DNA of 64,000 nt from Eledone cirrhosa (taxonomy: Eukaryota): positions 21,018,001-21,082,000 of the forward strand of contig OZ024752.1 of assembly GCA_964016885.1 (NCBI GenBank), given 5' to 3'. Every line of letters starts with the position of its first letter. The first letter of the stretch is position 1. This document shows, piece by piece, positions 46,845 to 61,264 of the stretch. The notes under the pieces are model-generated. The model worked only from the letters and a program-made list of their open reading frames with translations. It was not told the origin of the DNA and did no database searches. Position numbers and translations under genes: made by a program.

Positions 46845-48920
46845 ATTTCTTTATTAACCACAAGGGTTTACATAAAGTAGACATTAAGGACAGTGCAGGA
46901 CAATGCAGGACGGTACAAATGGGCATTTCTGCGTGTAAAAAAACAAAAACAGAGGATGTAACAAAAATAACAATGAAAATAACAATGAAAAAATTCCCCA
47001 ATAGGGGGGAGACTTCGGAGGGACATTTGTGGAGAAAGCCCAGTAAAAAGCCACAATGACCCTGACCACCAAGGCAAGTGCCCTCTCCCAGTTTTCCACC
47101 TTTAGTTTACAGATATATACTCAGAGTCGGCCCATTCACTCGGGCCATTCTTGCTTCTCTCACCCATCTTTCAACAAAATGCTGGGAAGAGAGCACTTCC
47201 TTCTCTACTCTGATTTTCCTTTTCAAATGAAATTTGAAAAAGTCAATCAGAGCATCACCGAAGAGGTAAGTGCTCGTCTTCAGCCCTTTCAAACGTGTCC
47301 ACCATACTATCTCTTTCGCCATGGCCACCAGACAGATAAAAACTGCCTGCCCTTCCCGGCTAAAGGAGGAGGGCGGGGCAATCCTCACGATAGACTCAGA
47401 TGATAGCTGGATCCGTCCTAAACGCGACAGCAGGTGTTCGACATAAACCCACAAGTCAGCAATTTTCGGACACTGGACGAGTGCGTGCAGGACGGTTTCG
47501 TCGCCCTGCGCGCATCTCGGACATGCCCGGCTGACGGCACCTCCATGCCTGTAGAGTTTATCCCGAACTGGCAAGGCTCCTCGGTAGCACTGCCAGGCCA
47601 GAGATTTCTGGAAGTTGTCCATAGGCCCTGGCCCGAAAGTTCTTCCGAAGAGATTGGCTAGTTGATTTTCGTCGACGCCTAGAGTTTCCCCAAGTACGTC
47701 GTCGCTCTTCCCCTCCACTAATCCTCTATAGAACGCCGAGGTGGAGTTTCCACCGATCACATTGCCCGATTGGTCGAGGGCTGTGAGCGCCTGAAGACAT
47801 TCCAGTCTCCAGGCGCTCCCTCTCGGTCTTCGCTTGACCCAGGACTGCAGCTCCGTCAAGGAAACGAGCTGGGGAAAAACGCGTCTAGCAAACGGCGACC
47901 ACACCTGATCACCGTCGAGGAAGAGGTGGAGATGTCGTAGCCTGAGCGCGTGCCTGCGCATCATCAGCCACGGCATGCCCAGCCCTCCACGTAGCGGGTG
48001 TTGACAACAGATGGACCGCCTGACCAACGGAGCACGCCCCTTCCACAAAAAGCGAAAGAGCAAACGCTCCAGCGCAGTCAGGCGAGGCTTAGGACAAGGT
48101 ACGACGGTTAGGCGGTAGCAGATGACAGACGCGATGTACGCGTTAGCCACCTCCGCTCGACCTTTCAGGGATAGCTTCCTCTCCGCCCATTTCTGGGTGA
48201 GAGAAGCCACCCTGCTCGTCACCTCGTCCCAGTTTTTGTCCGTCTGGAGGTCCGGACCGAACCAGACCCCTAGCAATTTAACCGGTCCGTCCGTCCAGCG
48301 CCCGACGACGCTGTTGGACGGCATGGACCTGCCTCTCCAGGTGCCGAGCTGCAGGCCCACTGACTTTTCCTGGTTGATCATTGCTCCTGTCACCGCTTCG
48401 TATTCTCTTAGTGTAGTGCCGATCGCCTCGATGTGTTTGGCGTTCGACACCACTACAGTGACATCGTCCGCATATGCTGACACGGATCTTCCGCATCCTA
48501 GTTCGCGCGGGACTCCCCTCAACGTCTCCAGTTTGTGCAGTAATGGCTCGAGAGTCAATACGTACAAGAGGGACGAGAGGGGACATCCTTGGCGGACCGA
48601 GCGCATGATGTTGAACGGTTCCGACAGGTGACCGTTCACTCTCACCACAGAGCAGATGTCGCTGTGCATGGCAGCGATCCAGCCTCTGAAGACGGGCCCA
48701 AAGCCAGCCGCCCTCAGGACTGCCGCTAGGTAACGATGGTCGACCCTATCGAAAGCTTTCGACTGATCTAAATTGATCAAGGACCCACCCGTGCCAGGTT
48801 CCCTAGCTACCCTCTCTACGATGTATCGCATGAGGTGGAGGTTGTCGTGGATGGATCTGTCGGGAATGGCGCATGTCTGCGCCTCTCCCACCAGACCACC
48901 AACGACAAGCGCCAACCTCT
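46845..48920 (-). mobile_element. Tx1/L1-clade LINE, 5'-truncated
   Basis: ORF 47107-48960: LDQSKAFDRVDH, RQGCPLS, AYADD, GGLGMP, CPRC..ETVLHALVQC. Confidence 0.92.
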
Positions 48921-49349
48921 TTTTAATAATTATTAATGCACTCGTGCAATGCCTGTGCATGACGAATATTTTTAAAGTGAGGAAAGACTGTGCACTGAGC
49001 CAATCCCACTCTCTGAGCGACAGTAGCTATAACCCGAAAAGAAGAAAAGATCAACATCATCGGTAACTACTGAGCCGCAGGTTTTATGTCGGAGTTAACC
49101 CAGTTTCCTGAGATGCCTTCTCCTAGAAGAATGCCCTGACAAGGGCTAGGGGTTCTTCACTCCCAGTGGTTTAACTGCTCGATCGGGCATCCAGCCCGAT
49201 TATTTCTGTCCCCGCGCAAAAAAAAAAAAAAAAAAAAAAAAAATCACTTATTGATACTTATACGTACGACATACACACACGCGCATACATATGCGCGCAC
49301 ACAGCAACACTCATACATACAAACAAACACACACACGTTACTCTACTCA

Positions 49350-49482
<133 letters not shown>

Positions 49483-49579
49483 CCGTCATTACTGATACAA
49501 GATTACAAGATTATGTCAACTGTTGACTTTCAAGAGTTTGTATAGTTGAAGCCGATCGTATTACAGTCCAGTATTATTA

Positions 49580-49740
49580 TAATTGCTTTACAGCATAGAG
49601 TCACGGCCCTCCACGCTCTGAGCTCAAATCCCGCCGAGGTCAACCTTGCCTTTCATCCTCACGGAGTCAACAAAAGAGAGTACCAGTGATGCGCTGGCCC
49701 AGTCGCTGGATCCGTGCCAAAAGCAGAAAAATTATTATTA
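49580..49740 (+). mobile_element. tRNA-derived SINE, degenerate and 5'-truncated (family of 7873)
   Basis: ctgagctcaaatcccgccgaggtcaaccttgcctttcatcc..gtaccag..gtgccaaaagcagaaaaattattatt. Confidence 0.8.
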
Positions 49741-50226
49741 AAGTTGTTTTCTTAAGGCCCGGTCGTTGGTGATGGAGGCGGCGGTAGTGGTGGTGGTGGC
49801 AGTTGATGTTGTTGTTGTGTTGTGTGCGTGTGTGTTTTGTTATTCTGAGTTTTTTTTTTTTTTCTTCCCCTTCCTTTTCTTTTTTTTTTAAATCTTTTGA
49901 TGCCGCTGTTGTTGTTGTTGTAAATGTTCATTTCAGTTCATTCTGACGCTGTTGTTGCTGTAAACATTAGTGCCGGTGTTGTTGTTGTTGTTGTAGATGT
50001 TGGGGTTGAAATCTGGTCGTTTTACTGAGTGATGTATATACACACATATACATACATATGTATATATATATATACACATTCAACAGAGAGTAAAGAGTTT
50101 GACAACAGGTCGATGACTTTAGTCTAGATAGGGTCATGACATGTGATGGTGGGGAGAGAGTGTAGAAGTTATTGTGGTGGCGGGGACAGTGAGATGTATC
50201 TAGTTCATTTCATTATATATATATAT

Positions 50227-50261
50227 ATGATGGCTGCCCCCTCGTTATCGAGTATGGCCAT
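50227..50261 (-). mobile_element. 35-bp 3' terminus of the C2H2-RTE family inside (TA)n
   Basis: Identical to 42524-42558 and to the reverse complement of 31823-31857. Confidence 0.85.
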
Positions 50262-50289
50262 ATATATATATATATATATACATACATAG

Positions 50290-50324
<35 letters not shown>

Positions 50325-50375
50325 CATATATACATACATACATATATATATACATACATATATATACATATATAC

Positions 50376-50505
<130 letters not shown>

Positions 50506-50506
50506 T

Positions 50507-50628
<122 letters not shown>

Positions 50629-50629
50629 A

Positions 50630-50685
<56 letters not shown>

Positions 50686-50686
50686 T

Positions 50687-50797
<111 letters not shown>

Positions 50798-52835
50798 ATA
50801 TCACATGGATATTGAAAATTACAATGAGTTCATATATAAAGAACTCAGGAAAAATTATAGAAAAACTAATAATGCGTCACTCACCAACATCAACAACAAA
50901 ACACAACATAGTGAATAGACTTAATATTGAAGATAGAACTGAACCTTTGGCACTGAAAAGACCACATTTCAACCTGAAAGATCATAAATCAAACTTTAAC
51001 TCAAATCCTTCTATAAGACTTATATGTCCCTCCAAATCTGATATTGGAATAATTAGCAAAACAATTTTGGATAGAGTCATCACACAAATAAGAAAACATG
51101 TTAATTTACCACTCTGGGAAAACACTTCCCAGGTAATTAACTGGTTTAAAAATATTAGATGTAAATCTTCTGCTTCATTTCTACAATTTGATATAGATAA
51201 TTACTATTCTTCTATATCACCTATACTCCTGAACAAACTTTGATATTTGCTAAAAATAGATCTAACTTAACTTTGGATGACATTAATATTATTACACATG
51301 CTAGACTAACACTTATTGAATTTCAGAATGAATACTGGACCAGAAACACATATAGTAATCTATTTGATATTACTATGGGTTCAAGCGATTCTGCCCAAAT
51401 TACTGATCTTGTGGGCCTCTTTCTTCTTTTTAACATAAATGCTTCTTTTCCCCACCTTAAAGGTGGTTTATATCGTGATGACTGTCTTCTTCTTTCCAAC
51501 AACCTTAGCCTCTCAGAAATAGAAAAAAACAAAAAGCTTATTAGAACTTTCCTTAAAGACTATTATAGTCTTCATATTACTTTTGAAAACACAAGTAAAG
51601 TAGTTAATTTCCTAGATATAACTTTAGACTTAGCTACGGGTATCTACCAACCTTACCATAAACCCAACCAAAACTTACACTACATACACTCACAATCTAA
51701 TCACCCTAAATCTATCCTTAAAAACCTTGCATATAATATATCACTTAGAATTTCTAACCTTTCGTCTAACCAAGATGTATTTGATAAAAATGCGACCTTC
51801 TATAACGAAGCTCTAGATAGAAGTGGCCACAAAAATAGATTGGAATATATACCTTCTACTAATAACACTATAAACATACAACCTAATATTACCAACAAAC
51901 ACCAAATGAAAAGTACACACCTAAATGCCACTCACACTATACCCCAAAATACCAACATAAAACCAAATTTCTCTAACTCCTCTAATATAAAGTATAGTAA
52001 CTCTCAAAAAACTACTCATCATACAACTCTAATAAATGTTAATAATAAAACTCCTAATAAACAAGCTAAAACACCTAAATCAATAAATCTAACTAAAAAT
52101 GTGCGTGGTGAGGTCATTAACATTAATCCTCCTAGTAAACATCACGATGTATCCTATAAAAACAATAAACAACATAGAAACCGTAATAGACGAGTTACTT
52201 GGTATAATGCTCCATTTAATTTACAAATTAAGGATAATATAGCTAAAAAAAATTTTTATATCCTAGAGAAAAACTTCCCGCCAAACCACAAATACCATCA
52301 AATCTTAAATAGATCAACAGTTAAATTCTCATACTCAACAACCAAAAACATAAAACAAAATATAAGTGCCTATAATGCATATAAATGTAAAAAAACCATA
52401 AGTATACCACCAATACATCAAACTAACCATAATATCTCCTCAAATACAGAATTAACGAAAGGTTGTAACTGTAGAAACAAAGCAAACTGCCCATTAAAAG
52501 GAAATTGTCTTGTTAACAACATAGTTTATAAATGTAAAGTTAAAACTAAAGATTCTATTTGCTCATATATAGGAGCTACTTCTAACAATTTTAAGGTAAG
52601 GTTTAATACCCACAAACATAGTTTTAAAAATGCCGCACTGGCTAATGCAACATCTCTAGCAGAAAAAATTAATAGTTATAGAAATAAGAATATAGAATAT
52701 GATATGACCTGGAGTGTGCTCAAAAGAGCCACCCCTTATTAAAATAATAGAAATGAATGTAGATTGTGTTCCCAAGAACTATTTGAAATAATGAAATCTA
52801 AGGATATCCTATTAAATAAGCGACAGGAATTAATT

Positions 52836-53800
52836 ATATCGTGTAATCATAAACTGAGAAAAACATTTAAATATTATAAACCTAATTAATAATAATATAT
52901 ATTTTAGAAATTAATATATAAATTAATTTAAATGTAGTTAACCTATAATTTTAATTTAATTAAAATTCTACTACAGATGAAATTAAAAAATATCGTATAA
53001 TCATAAACTATGAAAAACATTTAAATATTATTAACATAATTAATATATACTTTGGAAATTAATATATAGATTAATTTTAGTTTATTTAACCTTTTATTAA
53101 AATTCCTTTACAGATGAAATATAACAAAATATCGTGTAATCAATAACAGAGAAATACTTTTTAATATTATAAACCTAATTAATATACAATTTAGAAATTA
53201 ATTTAGAAATTAATTTTAATTTAGTTAACCTATAATTTTAATTTAGTTAGCTTAAAATTAAAATTCTAATACAGATGGATTGCAGAATATCGTGTAATCA
53301 TAAACTGAGAAAAACTTTTAAATATATACCTAATTAATATATTCTTTACAAATAAATATATAGATTAATTTTAATTTAGTTAACCTATAATTATATTCTA
53401 CTATAGATAAAATACAAAATTTTGCTTTAATTATTATAAACCTAATTAACATATACTATAGAAATTAATATATAATTTTTAATTTAGTTAACCTATAATT
53501 AATATTCTACTTCCGATGAAATACTTAATTTGGCTTTCCCTATTACAAAATTCATTTCCTAAAATTGATACCATCATGTTAATATTTTTAATTTAGTTAT
53601 GCTATAATTAATACTCTACTACTGTTTAACTTCAAAATTCCGCTTTAAATATAAACCTAAGTAGTATACACCTTAGAAATTAATATATTAACTATTTTTA
53701 CTTTAATTAACCTATAATTAATAGTCTACTTATATTAAAATGCATAATTTAGCCTTCTTTCTTACAAATACCATTTCCTAATACTGACACTACTATGTAA
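52836..53800 (+). repeat. Degenerate ~140-160-bp AT-rich tandem repeat starting in the ORF end
   Basis: atatcgtgtaatca.. recurs at ~52836, 52990, 53129 and 53287; ttagttaacctataatt recurs further downstream. Confidence 0.8.
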
Positions 53801-54015
53801 ACACATATTATGATTTAAATGCAGATTAATATTCTATGTTCCTTGAAACCTATATTTACTATTTCCCACTAATAATTTTAATCCCCCCCCCCATAATTAT
53901 TCGTATTTGTAAGCGTGGATGTATGTATGTGTATGTAAGTATGTATGTATGTTTGTGTATTTGTATGTGAGTATAAAAATACATATGTGCGCATGTAAAT
54001 AAGTGTGTATGAGTG

Positions 54016-54048
<33 letters not shown>

Positions 54049-54133
54049 ATGTATGTATGTGTATGTATATGTATTTGTAGAGATGTGTGTATGTATGTGT
54101 ATTATGTGCATAATTGTCTGACTGTGTATTTAT

Positions 54134-54171
<38 letters not shown>

Positions 54172-54399
54172 ATGTATGTCTCTATATTTATGTATGTCTG
54201 AGTGTGTGTGTGTGTGTGGTTGTGTGTATATATACATGGGTATGTGTGTGTATGTATATATATGTATATGTATGTGTGTGTGTATATATATGTGTGTATA
54301 TATATGTGTGTATATATATATGTATATATATATATATATATGTATGTGTATGTATGTATGTATGTGTGTGTACATATATGTATATATGTGTGTTGTGTG

Positions 54400-54435
<36 letters not shown>

Positions 54436-55230
54436 TGTATTTATATGTATGAGTATATGTTTTACTTGTTTTTATGTATATGCATACAAACAGGTTAATA
54501 TGCGTGAGGTTAAGTATGTGTATGTGTGTGTGTGTACGTATGTACGTATCGAACGTATGGATGTGTAAATGTGCGTATGTATATAAGCATGTATATTTTA
54601 TGTCTCTCTTTTATGTTTTTTTATGTTTTTATTATATTTCTTTTATTATATTTCTTTTTATTTCTAACTTTATAGATACATTTTTATAAATATGCTGAGT
54701 TTGACACTCTCCTTTAATTACTTACTCCCTTACCTCCTTTTAATTCTGCATCTAAATGTAAGTGTGTGTGGCCGTGTTTATGTGTGCGCCTCAATATCCA
54801 TATAGTTATAATAATAATATATACGTATGTGTGTGTGTGTGTGTGTATATGTGTGTGTGTTCGTAGGTATGTGTGTGTTTATGTATATATGCGTGTGTGT
54901 GTATGAATGTATGTATATGTGTGTATATATGTTTGTATATATATATGTATATGTATGTATATTTTGTCTGTGGATTATAAACATACAGAGACATTAGCCC
55001 TAAATTTTTATATTTACATACACTTTTTCGACATGCGTATGCATGTGAACATACATTTTTATGCATGTGAACATACATTTTTATGCATATCTGTGAACGA
55101 AGTTACTTACATATATACACACACCTAACTGTATTTTCTTGATGAATTTTTATGTATTTCATTGGTCTATTTAAAATCTGTTCCCAAACAGACCTGTAAT
55201 TTTGAATTGTTGTTATTATCAATAAATATA

Positions 55231-55375
55231 GTTCATTATTTCTGAAGACAGCATATATATGTGATGGTATGTATATTCTCCTTGATAGTTTGTATAATTT
55301 TGTACATAGATCTTTTGAATATGCATGCCAATTCTAACACATATATGTCCTAGAAACGATCGTTAAATAATGAAC
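55231..55375 (+). ncRNA. Hammerhead ribozyme motif with ~104-nt stem II
   Basis: gttcattattt-CTGAAGA-long insert-GAA ACGATCGT T-aaataatgaac (11-bp stem I). Confidence 0.78.
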
Positions 55376-55429
55376 TTTTTTTTGTTTAATATAAGGAACT
55401 GTTTCTTTGTTTTATTCATTATTTTTTAA

Positions 55430-55573
<144 letters not shown>

Positions 55574-55746
55574 TACATATATATATATATATATTGTTAT
55601 ACTTGGGGAAGGTCATATTGCTGTAATAATATTTGTTTCGACACAATTTCATATAAAAAAATCTCGCAAAACAAATATATTTATATACAGTATTGAGTAC
55701 TTTGGTGCGTTATGGTCCACCTGGTTCCTTACCACATTTCCTTCGT

Positions 55747-55817
<71 letters not shown>

Positions 55818-55820
<3 letters not shown>

Positions 55821-58250
55821 GGAGGTGAGTTTTATTGTAGTACAATAAAGCAATGCAGATATCGGATAAGAAGCACTCTACAGTTTGTAGGACTGGAGTA
55901 TACATAATATATAAGAACACCACTTCGCGGTGGAATTTATCGTGACGATGGACTCTTTACTATCTTAAATTGCAACATAGTTAACCTTAATATTATTAAG
56001 AACAATATACGTAATCTCTTTAACCAACATAACCTAAAAATTGAATTTGATAACAGCATCAAACTAGCTAATTTCGTGGATGTATCTCTTAATCTTGACA
56101 CTGGCCTATATTACCCTTACCATAAAAACAATGAGAACCTAAATTATGTTAACTTTAAATCCAACCATCCTACTAATATCAAGAATGCTATAGTTAGTAA
56201 TATTGGAAAAAGAATATCTAACCTATCTTCTAATAAAAACATCTTTGATGCTAACGCCAATTACTATAATAACGCGCTTTCTAAAGCCGGCTATCCTGAT
56301 AAAATCAAATATAGTAAAGAAACAAATTCTAGAAGAACTTACAGTAGAATAATTAATCATGATCATTCCAATAACTTTAATAAAAGACCTAGATACAAAA
56401 ACATAATCTGGTATAATGCTCCTTTCTCCATCTCTATTAATAACAATATTCCTAAATTATTCTTTAGTGCCTTAAATAAATGCTTCCCTCCCTCACATAT
56501 CTATAGTAAAATATTTAACAAACGCACTATAAAATTTTCCTATTCTACATCCTCCAACATTTCCAACATTATCTCTAAACACAACAATAAAATACTAAAT
56601 ACTAAATCTCTTCCTTCCAACACTGAATATCATAATAATAGTAATAGTACTCCCGACGTCATTGTAAACCCTAGACTAATTTTTGCAAACCCAAATACAA
56701 CGTCAAACACAACTTCGCTAAATGTTCTTAATCCCATTCTAAATCAAGAAACTATTATTCCTATCGCAAATAACTTCTCCAATCCAATTCCTTCTATAGA
56801 TAACACTAGGTCACTCGTTAATAATCTCTCTAATCGCAATTGCAATTGCCCTGTTAAAAATAAATGTCTTCTCAACAACCATTGTCTTGATAAAAACTTA
56901 ATTTACGAATGTAAAGTTATAACTGACACCAATTCCTTCACCTATTTTGGCTCCACTTCCACCTCTTTTAAAGCTCGTCTTTATAACCATCATTCGTCTT
57001 TTAAATACAAACTTAAAAGAACCAACACGGCTCTCTCAGAGCTCATATGGTCCTTGAAAGACAAAAATATTAAATATAGCATCTTTTGGAAGAAGGTTTC
57101 TTCTGCTTCCTCATACTTGAACAGTTCTCTATCCAAAATTTGCAATCTCTGTCTAAATGTAAAATTTACCATTAGATTCTATAATAAATAGACGCACTGA
57201 CTTGTTTTCTATCTGCTTGCATAAATTCCACAAAACATTCCACAAAGTATACAGCTAATATTCTTTATCAATTTAGAATCTTTTTCTCAAAGGCACATAT
57301 ATATACACTTCTTTAAAAATATTATACATTCTATAATACTTGTTACTCATTCTATATCGCTCCTATTTATCACTTCCCTTTCTTCTCTGTTAATGTCTAA
57401 CCCCTAATCTGTACCTTTTCTCACTGTTGCCTAACATAGAATCAATTATTACATAATACAATACATTCTTACTCTATATCACCTTGTAAAAATCCTTCGT
57501 AAACAAACATTTTTTTGACGTTAGATTATTCATCCTCAATTCATTATTTTTTTCTCCCTTTCATCTAACTCATTCATGCTCATCTCACAATATATCCTTA
57601 CTTAAATTACCTATTATTCTTTTTAATAACACATATGAACATTTTCTTTCCATCGCACATATTATTAAACCCTTAATATCATTCTTAATACATATTAACT
57701 TTTTCTTTTCCATCGCACATGTTATTAAACCCTTAAATATTATTCTTAATACATATTAACTTTTTCTTTTCATCGCACATATTATTAAACCCCTTAATAT
57801 ACAAACCTTAACTTTACATTATTTTTCTCTTCGTTAATTTTCAAATTCTTTTAATTTATACATTATCTTCCAACGGTTTTCAACCTCTCTATGTAAAACA
57901 ATATATCTTTCTCGGTTATAAAAGCTATCTCTCTCTCTCTATCACCCATCTCTCCTCCTATCTCATCCTTCCGCATTATACTCCTCCTTCTCCACTTTTT
58001 ACTCTCATCTCCTCCTCTTTTTCACCCCGCCCCCCTCAAAATAAAATATTTTTCCCAATATCACACATCAATCTAAAACTACTTTTCATATGTTGATTTA
58101 AAACTGCACTATCCACAAGTGTTTTTTAACCTTCATATCATGTCTTCCTGTTTTATCTGATGAAAACACAAATATTATTGCATGATGATATTTGTTTTTG
58201 AAATGTGCATAATAAAATACATGGAACTCTTTTAACCATCTTTTGTTCTT
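55818..58250 (+). mobile_element. Penelope-like element (Naiad-type), 5'-truncated
   Basis: GGIYRDDG, ORF 56076-57191 (YPYHK, SNHP, CNC-x5-C, LIY..YFG, CNLC); ~60-bp x3 repeat at 57635-57800; pLTR hammerhead. Confidence 0.9.
58151..58217 (+). ncRNA. Hammerhead ribozyme motif
   Basis: ttttat-CTGATGA-aaacacaaatattat..atgatatttgttttt-GAA ATGTGCAT A-ataaaa. Confidence 0.8.
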
Positions 58251-58291
58251 ATATATATATATATATATATATACATACATACATACATACA

Positions 58292-58389
<98 letters not shown>

Positions 58390-58419
58390 CATATGTATGT
58401 ATATATATATATATGTATG

Positions 58420-58759
58420 TAAAAGGTAAACAGAAATAACAACACAATCAGAACAGTATTTGGAAGGGATATATTAGGGTCTTAACGTTTCGGGCACTAG
58501 TTTTTCATCGGAAGAAAGAATGAGAAATAAGATAGATTGGACGGGCAGGTTGGAATTGGAAAAAATGTCTTTAGATAAAATTAACAGGTCCATTCATGTT
58601 GACATCTCTTGCCAAACTGTTGGTGCTGGCGTTTTGTGTATGATTTATTATTAGAAAAGTGGATGATGGAGCATGTCTACCTGAAATGGAAAAAAACCGT
58701 TTTGTAAAAAGAGTTGTACTTGAGCACGCGCGTAAGTGTGTGTGTATGTGTGTGTGTGT

Positions 58760-58839
<80 letters not shown>

Positions 58840-61262
58840 GTGTGTGTGTGTGTGTGTCTGTGTGTGTGTGTGTGTGTGTGTTATTATATGTCCGTACGAA
58901 GCTAAGAAGAAATGTGTGTATATATGTGAGTAAAAGAGTGAGTGAGCATATATAGTCGGCCTGTATTAGTTGTAAGAGAAGCTGCTAATGATCAAGAGAA
59001 AGCGATACGAATCTAGGGGTGTGATAATGGACGGAGTATTAGAGAAATTGGGGAGGTGAGTCCAAGAGGGGAATAGGACCCAAGGCGGTGAATCAGATTT
59101 TGTTCAGTCCTGGTGCGCGAGGCCTGTGATCCATGATGTAAAAGGACACTGAGGACTGAAACATATAGGGAAGAATGACCAGGAGAACAGAAATGATGGG
59201 CGACAGGAGTATCCAAACCGAGTCGTATGTCCCTCAATTGTTTGGCAAAACGGTCCGCCATACGGTGTCCCGTTTGTCCGATATATAAAGACTCGCAAAG
59301 GGAACACTGGAGGGCATAGACAACGTGGGTGGATGTACAGATGAAGGACTGGCGGATACAGAAAGACCCTTTAGGGCCTGTAAGAGTGGTGAGGGTGGAA
59401 ATAAAGGGAAAAGTGTTGCAGCGGGAACGGGAACAAGGATGAGAGCCGGGTGGAGTCGTGGGAGAGGACGAAAAAGAACTGCGAACCAGGAGGTCGCGGA
59501 GGTTTCGGGCGCGCTTAAAAACAGTAATGGGTGGGTTTGGAAAAAAGCGAGAAGTGACGGGGTCAGAAGAGAGGATACTGAAGGAACGGAGGATATGTCG
59601 CCGGAGTGGTAGGGTGATGGGGTGGTAGGTGAGAGGGAAAGGAACACGGGTGTTGGGGTGGGTGGGGTGAGAGGGCTGTGGTGCGGTCTGTTTCACGGGC
59701 ACGAGTGAGAGCAGCTTGGATCAGGGTGGGGGGATATCTACGCTGGATGAACCAGAAACCATGCGAAGGGAATGGGTTTCGAAATCGTCGTCCTGGCTAC
59801 AGAGTCGATGAAGACAGAGTAATTGGGAATAGGATATGGAGTTTTTGGTGTGGCTTGGATGGGAGGAGGTGAAGTCGAGATAAGATTGGGAGTCTGTTGT
59901 TTTAATGAAGATGGAAGTAGAGAGGGTGTGGTGAGAGTGATTAATAGATAGAGAGATATCTAGAAAACGACAGAAGAATTGGAGACGGAGGCGGTGAAAT
60001 TGAGAGCAGAATGGAAAGATTTGACAAAAGAAAAAAAAACAGTCGAGCTGTTCTCGTGATAGATAGGTGACGCCGATACAGTCGTCGATATAACGAGCGT
60101 ATAGCCCAGGAGTCGGTCCAGCGTACTGGGAGAAGATCTGGGCTTCGACGTAGCCAACAAACAAGTTGGCATAGTTTGGACCCATTCTGGTTCCCATCGC
60201 TACTCTAGAGACCTGCGGATAAAATTCACCCAATAAAGAAAATCCATTGAGGGTGAGAACAAGCTCAGCCAGACGGCGAAGTGTGGTAGTGCTGGCGTAA
60301 GGGGTGGGGCGTAAATCTAAAAAATGTTGGAGAGCGCGGAGGCCGTCATCATGAGGGTTGACGGTATAGAGAGAGGTGATATCCAGGGTAAAGAGAAGGC
60401 GGGAGGGACCAGGAGGGAAGGAGAAAGAGTTGAAGAGTCTAAGGGCATGATTTGTATCGTGGATGTGGGAGGGGAGATTGCCAACCAACGGGGCAAGGAT
60501 GGTGTATAAATATTCATAAAATTATCTCGATGGGGCAGTTGCACGCAGAAACGATAGGACGGCCAGGATTATTTTGTTTGTGTATTTTGGGGAGGAAGTA
60601 GATGGTGGGTGTGTGAGGGGTGCGTACAATAAGGTTGGTGGGTGTGGGGAGGTAGGTGAGAGGAGGAGATGAGCTCGTGGATGGTGGAGGACACGAGTTG
60701 TTGGTAGCCAAGAGTGGGGTCGGAGGATAAAGGGCGGTAAAAAAAGGTATTGTGAAGCTGGCGGAGAGCCTCAGCCCTAAAGAGGTCAGCGCTCCAAACC
60801 ACTACAGCGCCACCTTTGTCAGCGGGTATGATGACAATGTCATCGCGACGCCGAAGGTTGCGAAGAGCTCAGTCCGCGTGATGTTAGAGCGACGAGAATG
60901 CTGGTGGAAACGGAACCGATTCACAGTAGGCCAGAAAGTATCGACAAAGGTGCTGAACTGGCCAGAGCTCGGCGTCCAATGTGATTACCGGCGACTGAGA
61001 CGAGTGAAGTCATCTGTCTGTGTCGATGATGGTGTGTTGTGAAAAAAAGCTTTCAGCTTTAATCGACGGAAGAACCCTTCAATCTCGGCACGTGCGTGGA
61101 ACTCGTCGCAGGTAGATGTGGTTGGTATAAAACGCAAATCACGGGCGAGGAGGGAGCGCTCAGCTTCGGAGAGTGGTAGGTCCTGGGGTATGGTGATTAC
61201 AGTGCAAGGACGTGAGGAAGTGAAAGAGGCGGAAGGGTCAAGGTGGTTGGCAAAGCGTGTCT
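58420..61262 (-). mobile_element. Penelope-like element (Neptune-type), decayed
   Basis: YFLPKIHK..PGRPIVS, LDITSLYT, AMGTRMGPNYANLF, RYIDD; GIY-YIG VVYALQCSLC..YIGQT (59013-59702). Confidence 0.92.
58480..58515 (-). ncRNA. Degenerate minimal hammerhead motif
   Basis: Reverse complement tctt-CCGATGA-aaaactagtgccc-GAA ACGT T-aaga; stem II does not pair. Confidence 0.55.
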
Positions 61263-61264
61263 AT

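Larger units (their letters stand above)
42524..49217 (-). mobile_element. RTE-clade LINE with three C2H2 fingers (copy 2); longer 5' UTR interrupted by nested insertions at 46341-48924
   Basis: Near-identical inverted copy of 27717-31857; 48925-49052 matches 27717-27845; additional 5' UTR up to 49217. Confidence 0.93.
50800..55420 (+). mobile_element. Penelope-like element (Naiad-type), AT-rich, with long 3' region and pLTR
   Basis: [34 protein letters not shown]-x5-CPL, IVY..YIG, CRLC; hammerhead at 55231; assignment of the distal pLTR is inferred. Confidence 0.88.
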
